Positions 7,051 to 13,560 are shown, numbered from the stretch's first letter. The stretch: DNA of 29,587 nucleotides from a virus (IMGVR_UViG_3300029448_000275:1-29587), one strand, 5' to 3'. Notes: generated by a model from the letters alone, not told the origin. Program-made: numbers and translations.

Positions 7051-7211
7051 GTGTTATCTCCGTCACGATAGTGGTCAGCGGATTTATTATAGTGATTCAT
7101 AAAATCACCTATGGTCGGATCTTTTTCTTTTGGCTTGGTCAACTCTTGGTAGACGATAGAAAAAATACAGCCTACCAAGAGTCCCAAAACTCCAGCGATA
7201 AACCAGTCCAT
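7047..7211 (-). CDS. Small membrane-anchored protein (54 aa)
   Basis: MDWFIAGVLGLLVGCIFSIVYQELTKPKEKDPTIGDFMNHYNKSADHYRDGDNT; GAGGG RBS. Confidence 0.65.
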   Translation of the reverse strand: MDWFIAGVLGLLVGCIFSIVYQELTKPKEKDPTIGDFMNHYNKSADHYRDGDNT

Positions 7212-7219
7212 CAAACCCT

Positions 7220-7564
7220 CTAAGAAGCAGAGGGTAGGACAGTCTGAAGCGCATTTACCAAGCGCTGAAGGTCGGCTTTTGAAGCCTTCACCAGCGAATC
7301 AACGCTAGTCCCTGTCAGAGACGCAATCTGAGAAACAAGCTCAGCTTTGCGAACAATGGTAGCACCAGACTTGGTGGTGCGCTCTTGTGCCTGATAGACA
7401 CCTTCACGAACGAGCTTAGCAATAATGCTACGCTTATTCTTACCAAGCTCTGCAGACAGAGCAGAAACAGTCTCCGAGCTAGGAGCTGCAGTGTATTCGC
7501 CTACCATGCGGGCGACCATCGCATCAGTGTAATTCGGTACACGAGCCGTAGTAGTTGCTGTCAT
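7220..7564 (-). CDS. T5 A2-like DNA-binding protein (paralog 2)
   Basis: NYTDAMV...LSAELGKNKRSIIAKLVREGVY...IVRKAELVSQIA...KASKADL; start refined to MTATT with an AGGAGG RBS. Confidence 0.78.
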   Translation of the reverse strand: MTATTTARVPNYTDAMVARMVGEYTAAPSSETVSALSAELGKNKRSIIAKLVREGVYQAQERTTKSGATIVRKAELVSQIASLTGTSVDSLVKASKADLQRLVNALQTVLPSAS

Positions 7565-7629
7565 AAATGCCTCCTGTGGCAATCATATAAATTAAGAATT
7601 TGTTAAGCGTTTTTCGATTTTATAAATGT

Positions 7630-7658
7630 ATTATACGGGACTTTTTGGATCTTGTCAA
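7630..7658 (-). promoter_or_regulatory. sigma70 promoter
   Basis: Perfect TTGACA-17-TATAAT. Confidence 0.85.
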
Positions 7659-7777
7659 GAACTTTTTTACGTTTTGGAGGAAAAATTGTGGCAATGAATT
7701 CCGGGGGGCCACGCGCGGGGTTGTCCTGTCAAGTTCTGTTTTCCCGAACCTTCCCAAATTTTCCAAAATCTGCGCAT

Positions 7778-7806
7778 ATTATATCAACCCCGCCCCGACT
7801 TGTCAA
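7778..7806 (-). promoter_or_regulatory. sigma70 promoter (tandem)
   Basis: Perfect TTGACA-17-TATAAT. Confidence 0.8.
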
Positions 7807-7871
7807 GATAAACTTGTGACCGAAAAGACCAGACTTATTCGCAAATATTTAAGGAAACCTTAAAAAAAGAC

Positions 7872-7901
7872 TTGACAAGTTGCCGGCGGCAGGGGTATAA
7901 T
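7872..7901 (+). promoter_or_regulatory. sigma70 promoter firing into the repeat array
   Basis: TTGACA-18-TATAAT with an upstream A-tract. Confidence 0.72.
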
Positions 7902-7915
7902 GGGCGCGGCTTAAA

Positions 7916-8195
7916 AAATTCGCCGAACTACTACTCGGCTGGGCGCACATTAAATTCGCCGAACTACTACTCGACTAACTGAAAAAATTTCACAAGATTA
8001 CTACTGGACAAGCAAATAAAAAATTCGCCGAACTACTACTCGAGTGGGCGCAGACTACGTTATTTTATTTTTGCTTTTGCACCAAAAAACACTTGACAAA
8101 GTTTGTTCGATCGCGCACTATGGTGGGCGCAAAAATATTTCATAGAACTACTACTCGAGTGGGCGCAGAAAATTTCGCCGAACTACTACTCGACT
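7916..8195 (+). repeat. Direct-repeat array, core GAACTACTACTCG x5 (plus 1 degenerate), ~35-bp period
   Basis: Cores at 7925, 7961, 8030, 8145 and 8180; degenerate copy at 7996; extended unit AAATTCGCCGAACTACTACTCG; interspersed TGGGCGC. Confidence 0.9.
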
Positions 8196-8301
8196 GCAGA
8201 GACTACTGTTTTGTTCGATTGCACACTAGGTTGCACACAGAGCAAATGGGGGTAAGCGTTCACTTTCGCACTCGGGCGCGGCGGCGCCGAAATCCCTTTG
8301 A

Positions 8302-8314
8302 AATCAAGGACTTA
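8302..8314 (+). promoter_or_regulatory. IHF-binding consensus
   Basis: AATCAAGGACTTA fits WATCAANNNNTTR; the same 12-mer occurs at 10672. Confidence 0.6.
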
Positions 8315-8327
8315 CAGCGCTCCGTTT

Positions 8328-8486
8328 CTAGGCATACATCTCGCCCCCGTCGGGAATTTCCGCGTAGCGATTTTCCCAAATTTGGTCAATCCAGCTTTCA
8401 ATTGCGTCATCCGAAAGCCCAGCTTTTTCGCCTTCCTCGCAGAGTTCCTCGTAAAGATTTTCTGCCGCTTGATCTCTATAAGACAT
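8328..8486 (-). CDS. Very acidic 52-aa pre-early protein (DNA-mimic candidate)
   Basis: MSYRDQAAENLYEELCEEGEKAGLSDDAIESWIDQIWENRYAEIPDGGEMYA; GAGGA RBS; own promoter. Confidence 0.75.
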   Translation of the reverse strand: MSYRDQAAENLYEELCEEGEKAGLSDDAIESWIDQIWENRYAEIPDGGEMYA

Positions 8487-8518
8487 TTTGTGTTCCTCGT
8501 TTCAGTGAATGTATAACC

Positions 8519-8546
8519 ATTATAGCGCGGTCAGTAAAGATGTCAA
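8519..8546 (-). promoter_or_regulatory. sigma70 promoter
   Basis: TTGACA-16-TATAAT; leader ACATTCACTGA shared with the promoter at 10477-10505. Confidence 0.75.
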
Positions 8547-8671
8547 GCATTTTTTTGCAAATTCATCAAAAATATTTCCAGTATTGGAATAGTTGCGCGC
8601 TCGAGTCCTTTGCTTTGTGAATTGAGTTCGGGGCATAATTGTTGAATTTCTTGGATTAGTAGTTTTTTCAT
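8543..8671 (-). CDS. 42-aa protein resembling the A2 C-terminal domain alone
   Basis: MKKLLIQEIQQLCPELNSQSKGLERATIPILEIFLMNLQKNA; AAGGA upstream. Confidence 0.6.
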   Translation of the reverse strand: MKKLLIQEIQQLCPELNSQSKGLERATIPILEIFLMNLQKNA

Positions 8672-8731
8672 AATTGAAAATTCCTTGTGTAAAGTTAAAA
8701 GTTAAAAGTTAAAAAATAGGACAGCGACCGA

Positions 8732-9352
8732 CTAAAGTCGGTAGCCGTCCACAGGTAAGCGCCACCCAGATTGTCCGCGAAATTTTTTGTCGCGAATATC
8801 TGCCCAGCCGTCCACCATTCTGTCGCGCCCTTGAGAATCTAGCCATAAATCCCAGAGTGCGAATATATCATGCAGGTAAAATTCTGTTTTTCCAGAGGGG
8901 GCAGGATTGCCCGCTTTTTTTGCCATGCTCAAAATTTCGGGCAAAAAGTGAATATCTGACCCCTGATATGTTTTGTGCAAAAATTGCTCTGCCGCCAGTG
9001 CTTCATTTACCGAGTGCGTAGCGATTCCATAAATCTTGCCCTTAAGAACACCTTTTTTAAGGTTGAAAGATTTTTCCCATGCTTGGATAGTTTCGCGAGT
9101 GCGATGCACCGCACCAATGCCGTAGCGTCTGCCCGACTTATTTTGCCCGATAACGCGCTCGGCTTTTGCGTAGCCCATCTTGACGATAACGCGCTCGCCT
9201 TGAATCTGTGGCTTGAGATGCGGAAATGCAAGCCATGCGTTAGACAATTTCCAGAAGTAATAATGCCCATTCGCAGTAGATCCAGTTTGAATCTCATAAT
9301 GGCTCGGCTTCATATTGACAGTGTCCACAGTGTGTAATAGTTCGATTTTCAT
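8732..9352 (-). CDS. T5orf172/GIY-YIG-superfamily nuclease-like protein
   Basis: GHYYFW...VKMGYA...R...AEQFLH...GKTEFY pattern; start refined to MKIELL with a GGAGG RBS. Confidence 0.62.
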   Translation of the reverse strand: MKIELLHTVDTVNMKPSHYEIQTGSTANGHYYFWKLSNAWLAFPHLKPQIQGERVIVKMGYAKAERVIGQNKSGRRYGIGAVHRTRETIQAWEKSFNLKKGVLKGKIYGIATHSVNEALAAEQFLHKTYQGSDIHFLPEILSMAKKAGNPAPSGKTEFYLHDIFALWDLWLDSQGRDRMVDGWADIRDKKFRGQSGWRLPVDGYRL

Positions 9353-9461
9353 GATTGACCTCCAAAAATCAAGTAGATAATGCCGCCCAGTAAAACTAGA
9401 TCGGCTGTGATGCTGTAGACCATATAAGCCCGAAGCGCCCAAGTTGCAATTTGTGTTTTAT

Positions 9462-9932
9462 TCATGCCGCTAACCTCTCGTTTAATGTAGTGCTATTATA
9501 AACCCGAATGCCCTCTGAAGTCAAGCCTTCTATAACAGAAATGTTATCATCAAACATTATCGCAGTAGAGCAAAATCGCGCCCATGATAACTCATATTGG
9601 CGGCAGAGTCCCACAAGCGCATAGAGTTTTAGCGCAAGATCGGGCATTGTGTTGCCCTCTGGCCTCGACAATATCGCATGATATTCTAGCCCATTCTGAC
9701 TTAGATAAAGATAGTCGGACGCGCTCATAACTCTCGCAGTGCAAACAATGACGAGCGAGCGAGTATAAGCCGACCGCATTTGCTTGGCAAGTGGTAGCAG
9801 TTTATCCGCCGCAATCTTTCGCGGTGTTGCGTTCGCTTGCCAGTACGCCAGATCAAGCGAACCATCTGCGAGATATCGAGTGCGCTCGGATGAATCGATA
9901 ACAGTGCCGTCGAGATCGAATATTTTAATCAT
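9462..9932 (-). CDS. HAD-superfamily phosphatase (T5 dmp/PseT-like nucleotidase)
   Basis: IFDLDGT, CTAR, conserved K and MFDDN motifs I-IV; start refined to MIKIF with a GAGG RBS. Confidence 0.85.
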   Translation of the reverse strand: MIKIFDLDGTVIDSSERTRYLADGSLDLAYWQANATPRKIAADKLLPLAKQMRSAYTRSLVIVCTARVMSASDYLYLSQNGLEYHAILSRPEGNTMPDLALKLYALVGLCRQYELSWARFCSTAIMFDDNISVIEGLTSEGIRVYNSTTLNERLAA

Positions 9933-10135
9933 GCTAGTAGCCTCATTAGTGAAGTAGAAAATCCTATTATACTCGCAATATTCAGAAAAATCAAATTCCA
10001 GTTTCTTTGCTCGTATGCTTGCCCAGTAAGAAGTGACAAGCCGAGTATAGCAAGATAAAAGCCGAGCATAGACGGCATCGAAAAAGATGCCGCCACCATG
10101 CAAAGAGCGCCCGCCCAACCTACAAGGGCAATCAT
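9929..10135 (-). CDS. Small multi-pass membrane protein
   Basis: Hydrophobic 68 aa; ATGA overlaps at both ends. Confidence 0.72.
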   Translation of the reverse strand: MIALVGWAGALCMVAASFSMPSMLGFYLAILGLSLLTGQAYEQRNWNLIFLNIASIIGFSTSLMRLLA

Positions 10136-10446
10136 GGGATTGCCTTGAGCAAGTTAATAAGCGCTTGAGCTTTTGCAAGCTCCAAACCCTCAAGCGAATC
10201 GTCAGTTGCTAGAGCGCGTTTGATCTCAGAAACCAAATCCGCTTTAGTAACAACATCGCCTTGAGTTTTACGCCTAGGCATGGACTCATACGGAATGCCC
10301 GCATTTTTTGCCTTGGCGACTATGCTCTTGGGCGAGCGATTAAGGGAAACGGAAAGCTCTTTAGCTTTCGCCCAGTTAAGGGGTGCGGCTTTGCGAAGTG
10401 TCGCCACCATGCCGTCGGTGTAGTTTCTGGGTCGGGGCATCTTCAT
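10132..10446 (-). CDS. T5 A2-like DNA-binding protein (paralog 3; first gene of the pre-early operon)
   Basis: NYTDGMV...ELSVSLNRSPKSIVAK...VTKADLVSEIKRAL...LEGLELAK; GAGGA RBS. Confidence 0.72.
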   Translation of the reverse strand: MKMPRPRNYTDGMVATLRKAAPLNWAKAKELSVSLNRSPKSIVAKAKNAGIPYESMPRRKTQGDVVTKADLVSEIKRALATDDSLEGLELAKAQALINLLKAIP

Positions 10447-10476
10447 GACCTGTCCTCTATCAGTGAATGTACAAGT

Positions 10477-10505
10477 ATTATGAGGGTTGCGGCAGAATAT
10501 GTCAA
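10477..10505 (-). promoter_or_regulatory. sigma70 promoter
   Basis: TTGACA-17-CATAAT. Confidence 0.75.
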
Positions 10506-10572
10506 CACCCTAGAGAAAAAAAGATCATGCTTTGTTTGCATAACGCCCATGCATTTTATGCATACCGCGAGG

Positions 10573-10650
10573 GCAAGCAAGAATCGTGCCAACTTTTCGC
10601 AAGCAAGAATCGTGCCAACTTTTCGCAAGCAAGAAGCATGCCAACTCTTA
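10573..10650 (-). repeat. 3 x 26-bp tandem repeat, each unit a sigma54 (-24/-12) consensus
   Basis: Minus strand TTGGCACGATTCTTGCT at 10576-10592 and 10602-10618, and TTGGCATGCTTCTTGCT at 10628-10644. Confidence 0.85.
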
Positions 10651-10670
10651 AAAAATAAAAACTCCTTATA

Positions 10671-10683
10671 TATCAAGGACTTA
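10671..10683 (+). promoter_or_regulatory. IHF-binding consensus with 5' A-tract
   Basis: TATCAAGGACTTA fits WATCAANNNNTTR, preceded by AAAAAATAAAAA. Confidence 0.68.
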
Positions 10684-10685
10684 GG

Positions 10686-10715
10686 GGCGGTTCTTAAACT
10701 AGTTTCGAGACCGCC
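10686..10715. promoter_or_regulatory. 30-bp imperfect palindrome
   Basis: GGCGGT-tctt-AAACTAGTTT-cgag-ACCGCC, symmetric about 10700.5. Confidence 0.6.
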
Positions 10716-10832
10716 GCGCGGGGGTCACCCACACGTACTACTTAAAAAAATTTTTTGGTTTCTAACGTAACGTTATATCAAATTTGGTATACTCACCATA
10801 AGAAAATATCACATATTTGATATAAATATTAC

Positions 10833-10861
10833 TTGACATTTCGACTATTCTTTGATATAAT
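10833..10861 (+). promoter_or_regulatory. sigma70 promoter
   Basis: Perfect TTGACA-17-TATAAT. Confidence 0.82.
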
Positions 10862-10910
10862 ATCTCTGTTCAAAAGCAAATTTTTGGACAAGGAAAATAG
10901 GAGAATATTG

Positions 10911-11030
10911 GTGTCAGCAGTCGTAACTAAGCAGCAGATATGCACATATTGTGATATTGTAAAAGGCGGAGTGTTAGCACTTACCGCAGTAGGAATGCCC
11001 TTCCTCGTAATCGCAGCAATGTACATGTAA
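10911..11030 (+). CDS. Small membrane protein with CxxC (39 aa)
   Basis: AGGAG RBS; (M)SAVVTKQQICTYCDIVKGGVLALTAVGMPFLVIAAMYM; the start could instead be TTG at 10908. Confidence 0.6.
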   Translation: MSAVVTKQQICTYCDIVKGGVLALTAVGMPFLVIAAMYM

Positions 11031-11100
11031 CTCTAAAAAACTTTAAAAACGCTTTTCAGGGATGAAGAGCGTTTTTTCTTGCACCCTGTAAAAATAATTC

Positions 11101-11129
11101 TTGACATTTTACTTATATTTAAGTATAAT
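11101..11129 (+). promoter_or_regulatory. sigma70 promoter of terS
   Basis: Perfect TTGACA-17-TATAAT, with the ATG 7 nt after the -10. Confidence 0.85.
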
Positions 11130-11136
11130 TCTTACT

Positions 11137-11595
11137 ATGGCTAAAGAACTCACTACAATTTCTCCAGAAGGTATGGAGATAGCGAATAGTTACTTACAGT
11201 TTGGAAATATAAAAGCTGTAAGTCAAGAACTATGCGTATCAGAAGATAAAGTAGCGGATTTATTGAGTAAACGAGAAGTTAAGAAATATATTGATACTGT
11301 ATATCTAGATATGGGATACCGTAATCGAAATAATATAGCATCAGTTCTTGATGAAATGATTGAGTCGAAACTAGAAGAGGCACAGGAATCAGGCGTATAT
11401 TCAAGCAAAGATTTAGCAGACTTACTCTCAATGGCTCATAAGATGAGAATGGATGAAATTAAAGCTCAAGCAGATTTGGAAAAAGCTCAAGCAGGCAATA
11501 TTCGAACACAAAATAACGTACAAATTAATTCAGAAATACCTTTTGGACAAGGCAACTATGGTAAGCTCATGGAGAAACTCCTTGGAACTACATGA
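11137..11595 (+). CDS. terS: Terminase small subunit (T5-like)
   Basis: SPEGMEIANSYLQ...EVKKY...GYRNR...KLEE...AHKMRMDE resembles T5 TerS; start refined to MAKEL. Confidence 0.85.
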   Translation: MAKELTTISPEGMEIANSYLQFGNIKAVSQELCVSEDKVADLLSKREVKKYIDTVYLDMGYRNRNNIASVLDEMIESKLEEAQESGVYSSKDLADLLSMAHKMRMDEIKAQADLEKAQAGNIRTQNNVQINSEIPFGQGNYGKLMEKLLGTT

Positions 11596-11773
11596 CCTAG
11601 AAACTGTTTTTAGAGCACACGAAGCACAGTGCGAAGAAAGATGGAAAACTATTTTTACTCGTGTAGATGAGAATAGTAAACATCTTCAGCGTATTGAAAC
11701 ACGTATGCTTGGCATGGGAGGTACAATTATATTATTTTTAGCGGGAATCGTTGCCTCAGGTTATATGGGTTAA
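11582..11773 (+). CDS. Coiled-coil plus C-terminal TM protein (XhlA/holin-like)
   Basis: TTG start with a GGAG RBS; HEAQCEERW motif; C-terminal hydrophobic helix. Confidence 0.6.
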   Translation: MELHDLETVFRAHEAQCEERWKTIFTRVDENSKHLQRIETRMLGMGGTIILFLAGIVASGYMG

Positions 11774-11776
11774 GTT

Positions 11777-12220
11777 ATGCTTGCCGAAGTGCAAGCTGCG
11801 AATGCTGCTCTCAGTCAGATTATGAATTTGGTTAGACATGGACAAGATATATCACAAATGGCAGGAAGTTGTGCAGATTATTTTAATTCAAAAGCAATTA
11901 TTGCAAGATGCTCAAACAAAAAAGGAAGTAAGTCTCAAATTCAAACATTTATGGAGTTTGAGAAACTAAGACAACAAGAATACAAATTACGAGAGATAAT
12001 GATTTATTCAGGCTCTCCGGGAATGTGGGACAGGTGGTTAGAGTTTCAAAGAGATTGTAAAAGAGAAAGAGCTGCCGAAGCAAAGAAAAAGCGAATGTCA
12101 GACAAGAAAGAGCTCGAAGAAGTAATGTCATATGTAAAGATGTTCGGAGGATGCTTATCTACAATAGTTACAGTAATGATAGCAACTTTTGAAGGGCTCA
12201 AATATATGGGGTATACGTAA
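11777..12220 (+). CDS. Hypothetical protein with C-terminal TM
   Basis: ORF coupled in the late operon. Confidence 0.7.
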   Translation: MLAEVQAANAALSQIMNLVRHGQDISQMAGSCADYFNSKAIIARCSNKKGSKSQIQTFMEFEKLRQQEYKLREIMIYSGSPGMWDRWLEFQRDCKRERAAEAKKKRMSDKKELEEVMSYVKMFGGCLSTIVTVMIATFEGLKYMGYT

Positions 12221-12420
12221 TGGGTAGAAGAGTAAAACCAGATTATATACCAATGAGAATTAATCAACTATTAGAAGATCGGGATAAGGCACACGACGAT
12301 TATGATAAACTTTGGTACAATCGTATTATTCAAGAGCTAGACTGGGTACAGCAAGCTCAAGGCAGAAAGTTTAGACGAAACTGCTATATGGAGAATGAAG
12401 ATGCCATCACATTACGGTAA
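12220..12420 (+). CDS. Hypothetical protein
   Basis: TAATG coupling; WYNRIIQELDW motif. Confidence 0.7.
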   Translation: MGRRVKPDYIPMRINQLLEDRDKAHDDYDKLWYNRIIQELDWVQQAQGRKFRRNCYMENEDAITLR

Positions 12421-12547
12421 AAAGAAAAATGGTAAAAAGAAAGTTGGTAAGAAAAAGAAAAAAGCGAACGGTCTTACCGCCAAACAGAGAAAGCTTCCTA
12501 TGGCGTTGCAAAAGGCAATTCTTAGGAAGAAAAGGGCTAAGAAGTAA
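12401..12547 (+). CDS. Lys-rich 48-aa protein
   Basis: MPSHYGKKKNGKKKVGKKKKKANGLTAKQRKLPMALQKAILRKKRAKK; GGAG RBS. Confidence 0.72.
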   Translation: MPSHYGKKKNGKKKVGKKKKKANGLTAKQRKLPMALQKAILRKKRAKK

Positions 12548-12684
12548 TGCGTAAGACTTATCGAGGCAAACGCGCTCCGAAAGGTTATCATTTCATGCCT
12601 GGAGGCAAGCTGATGAAGGATAGTGCTCATGGCAAGAAAAAAACGAAGAAGCGCAGCAAAAAAAGTAAGAAACGTTCCTACTAA
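12547..12684 (+). CDS. Basic 45-aa protein
   Basis: MRKTYRGKRAPKGYHFMPGGKLMKDSAHGKKKTKKRSKKSKKRSY; TAATG coupling. Confidence 0.7.
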   Translation: MRKTYRGKRAPKGYHFMPGGKLMKDSAHGKKKTKKRSKKSKKRSY

Positions 12685-12811
12685 GCCTAAGTTGTATGCT
12701 TCAGTAAAAGCAGCAGCAAAAAGAAAATTTGCGGTATATCCAAGTGCATATGCTAATGCATGGCTTGTACGTACTTACAAGAAAAGAGGAGGTACTTATC
12801 GTCGTGGCTAA
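12629..12811 (+). CDS. Basic protein (DUF5872-like)
   Basis: PKLYASVKAAAKRKFAVYPSAYANAWLVRTYKKRGGTY motif; AAGGA RBS. Confidence 0.72.
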   Translation: MARKKRRSAAKKVRNVPTKPKLYASVKAAAKRKFAVYPSAYANAWLVRTYKKRGGTYRRG

Positions 12812-13085
12812 AGCGGGAGGACTCAAAAAATGGTTCAGCGAAAAATGGGTAGATATTGGTCGTCCAAAGAAGAAGGGTAAGTTTCAACCTTGTGGACGCA
12901 AAAAAGCAAAGAAAGGTAAAAAAGGTTACCCAAAGTGTGTACCTCTTTCAAAAGCTCGTAGTATGACAAAAGCGCAAATTAAATCGGCAGTGCGACGTAA
13001 GCGAGCAAAACCTCAAGGAGTTGGTGGAAAACCTACTATGGTTAAAACTTTTACAAAAAAACGTCGAAGGAGGGTCCGAAGATGA
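12804..13085 (+). CDS. Basic protein (GLKKWFSEKW...CGR...YPKCVP family)
   Basis: GTG start with a GGAGG RBS; highly Lys/Arg-rich. Confidence 0.72.
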   Translation: MAKAGGLKKWFSEKWVDIGRPKKKGKFQPCGRKKAKKGKKGYPKCVPLSKARSMTKAQIKSAVRRKRAKPQGVGGKPTMVKTFTKKRRRRVRR

Positions 13086-13312
13086 TAAAATACAAAAAAG
13101 GATCTCGCTGGATAGTAATTGATGACGCAGGAAAGATGCATAGCTTTTTTAAAGAAGAAGATGCTTCAAGTTTTGCAGGAGAAAGTAATGGCAAGAAAGA
13201 AGGATCCACGGCTAAAGCGGGCTGGAGTGAAGGGGTTCAACAAACCAAAGCGTACACCAAGTCACCCGAAAAAAAGTCATATAGTAGTGGCAAAAGTTGG
13301 GACAAAAATTAA
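13082..13312 (+). CDS. Hypothetical protein overlapping the next gene
   Basis: GGAGG RBS and ATGA coupling; the 3' 125 nt overlap 13188..13478. Confidence 0.5.
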   Translation: MIKYKKGSRWIVIDDAGKMHSFFKEEDASSFAGESNGKKEGSTAKAGWSEGVQQTKAYTKSPEKKSYSSGKSWDKN

Positions 13313-13478
13313 AACGATACGTTTTGGTCAACAGGGAGCAAGCACTGCTGGTAAACCAAAAGCAGGAGAAAGCGAAGCAATGAAAAAGAAACGTGCTTCA
13401 TTTAAAGCAAGACATCGTAAGAATATAGCAAGAGGAAAGATGTCAGCAGCCTATTGGGCTGATAAGGTGAAATGGTAA
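13188..13478 (+). CDS. Basic conserved phage protein (IRFGQQG...ASFKARH...SAAYWA)
   Basis: AGGAG RBS; start refined to MARKKD. Confidence 0.78.
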   Translation: MARKKDPRLKRAGVKGFNKPKRTPSHPKKSHIVVAKVGTKIKTIRFGQQGASTAGKPKAGESEAMKKKRASFKARHRKNIARGKMSAAYWADKVKW

Positions 13479-13549
13479 TGTGTGATTGTTGTGGTTGTGA
13501 AACTTGTGTATGTCCTCCAGAATGTCCGGATTGTGGTTGCAATAGTTGA
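13478..13549 (+). CDS. Metallothionein-like micro-protein (23 aa, 9 Cys)
   Basis: MCDCCGCETCVCPPECPDCGCNS; TAATG coupling; AAGGTG upstream. Confidence 0.65.
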   Translation: MCDCCGCETCVCPPECPDCGCNS

Positions 13550-13560
13550 AAGACTGGTTA

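Noticed and set aside
7916-8195. CRISPR mini-array
   Set aside because: Inter-repeat segments are only ~13 bp and partly repeat each other; no recognisable CRISPR repeat ends and no cas genes
8093-8620. 175-aa plus-strand ORF
   Set aside because: Starts in a -35 box, crosses the repeats, and is antisense to two better-supported genes
8694-8714. GTTAAAA x3 microrepeat
   Set aside because: Short AT-rich intergenic run with no supporting context
9933-10193. N-terminal extension of the HAD phosphatase ORF
   Set aside because: Overlaps two coupled genes; the HAD motif I and an RBS support a start at 9932
10261-10770. ORFs 10261..10770, 10443..10676 and 10467..10658
   Set aside because: They span promoter and 26-bp repeat DNA, lack an RBS, and the repeat period is not a multiple of three
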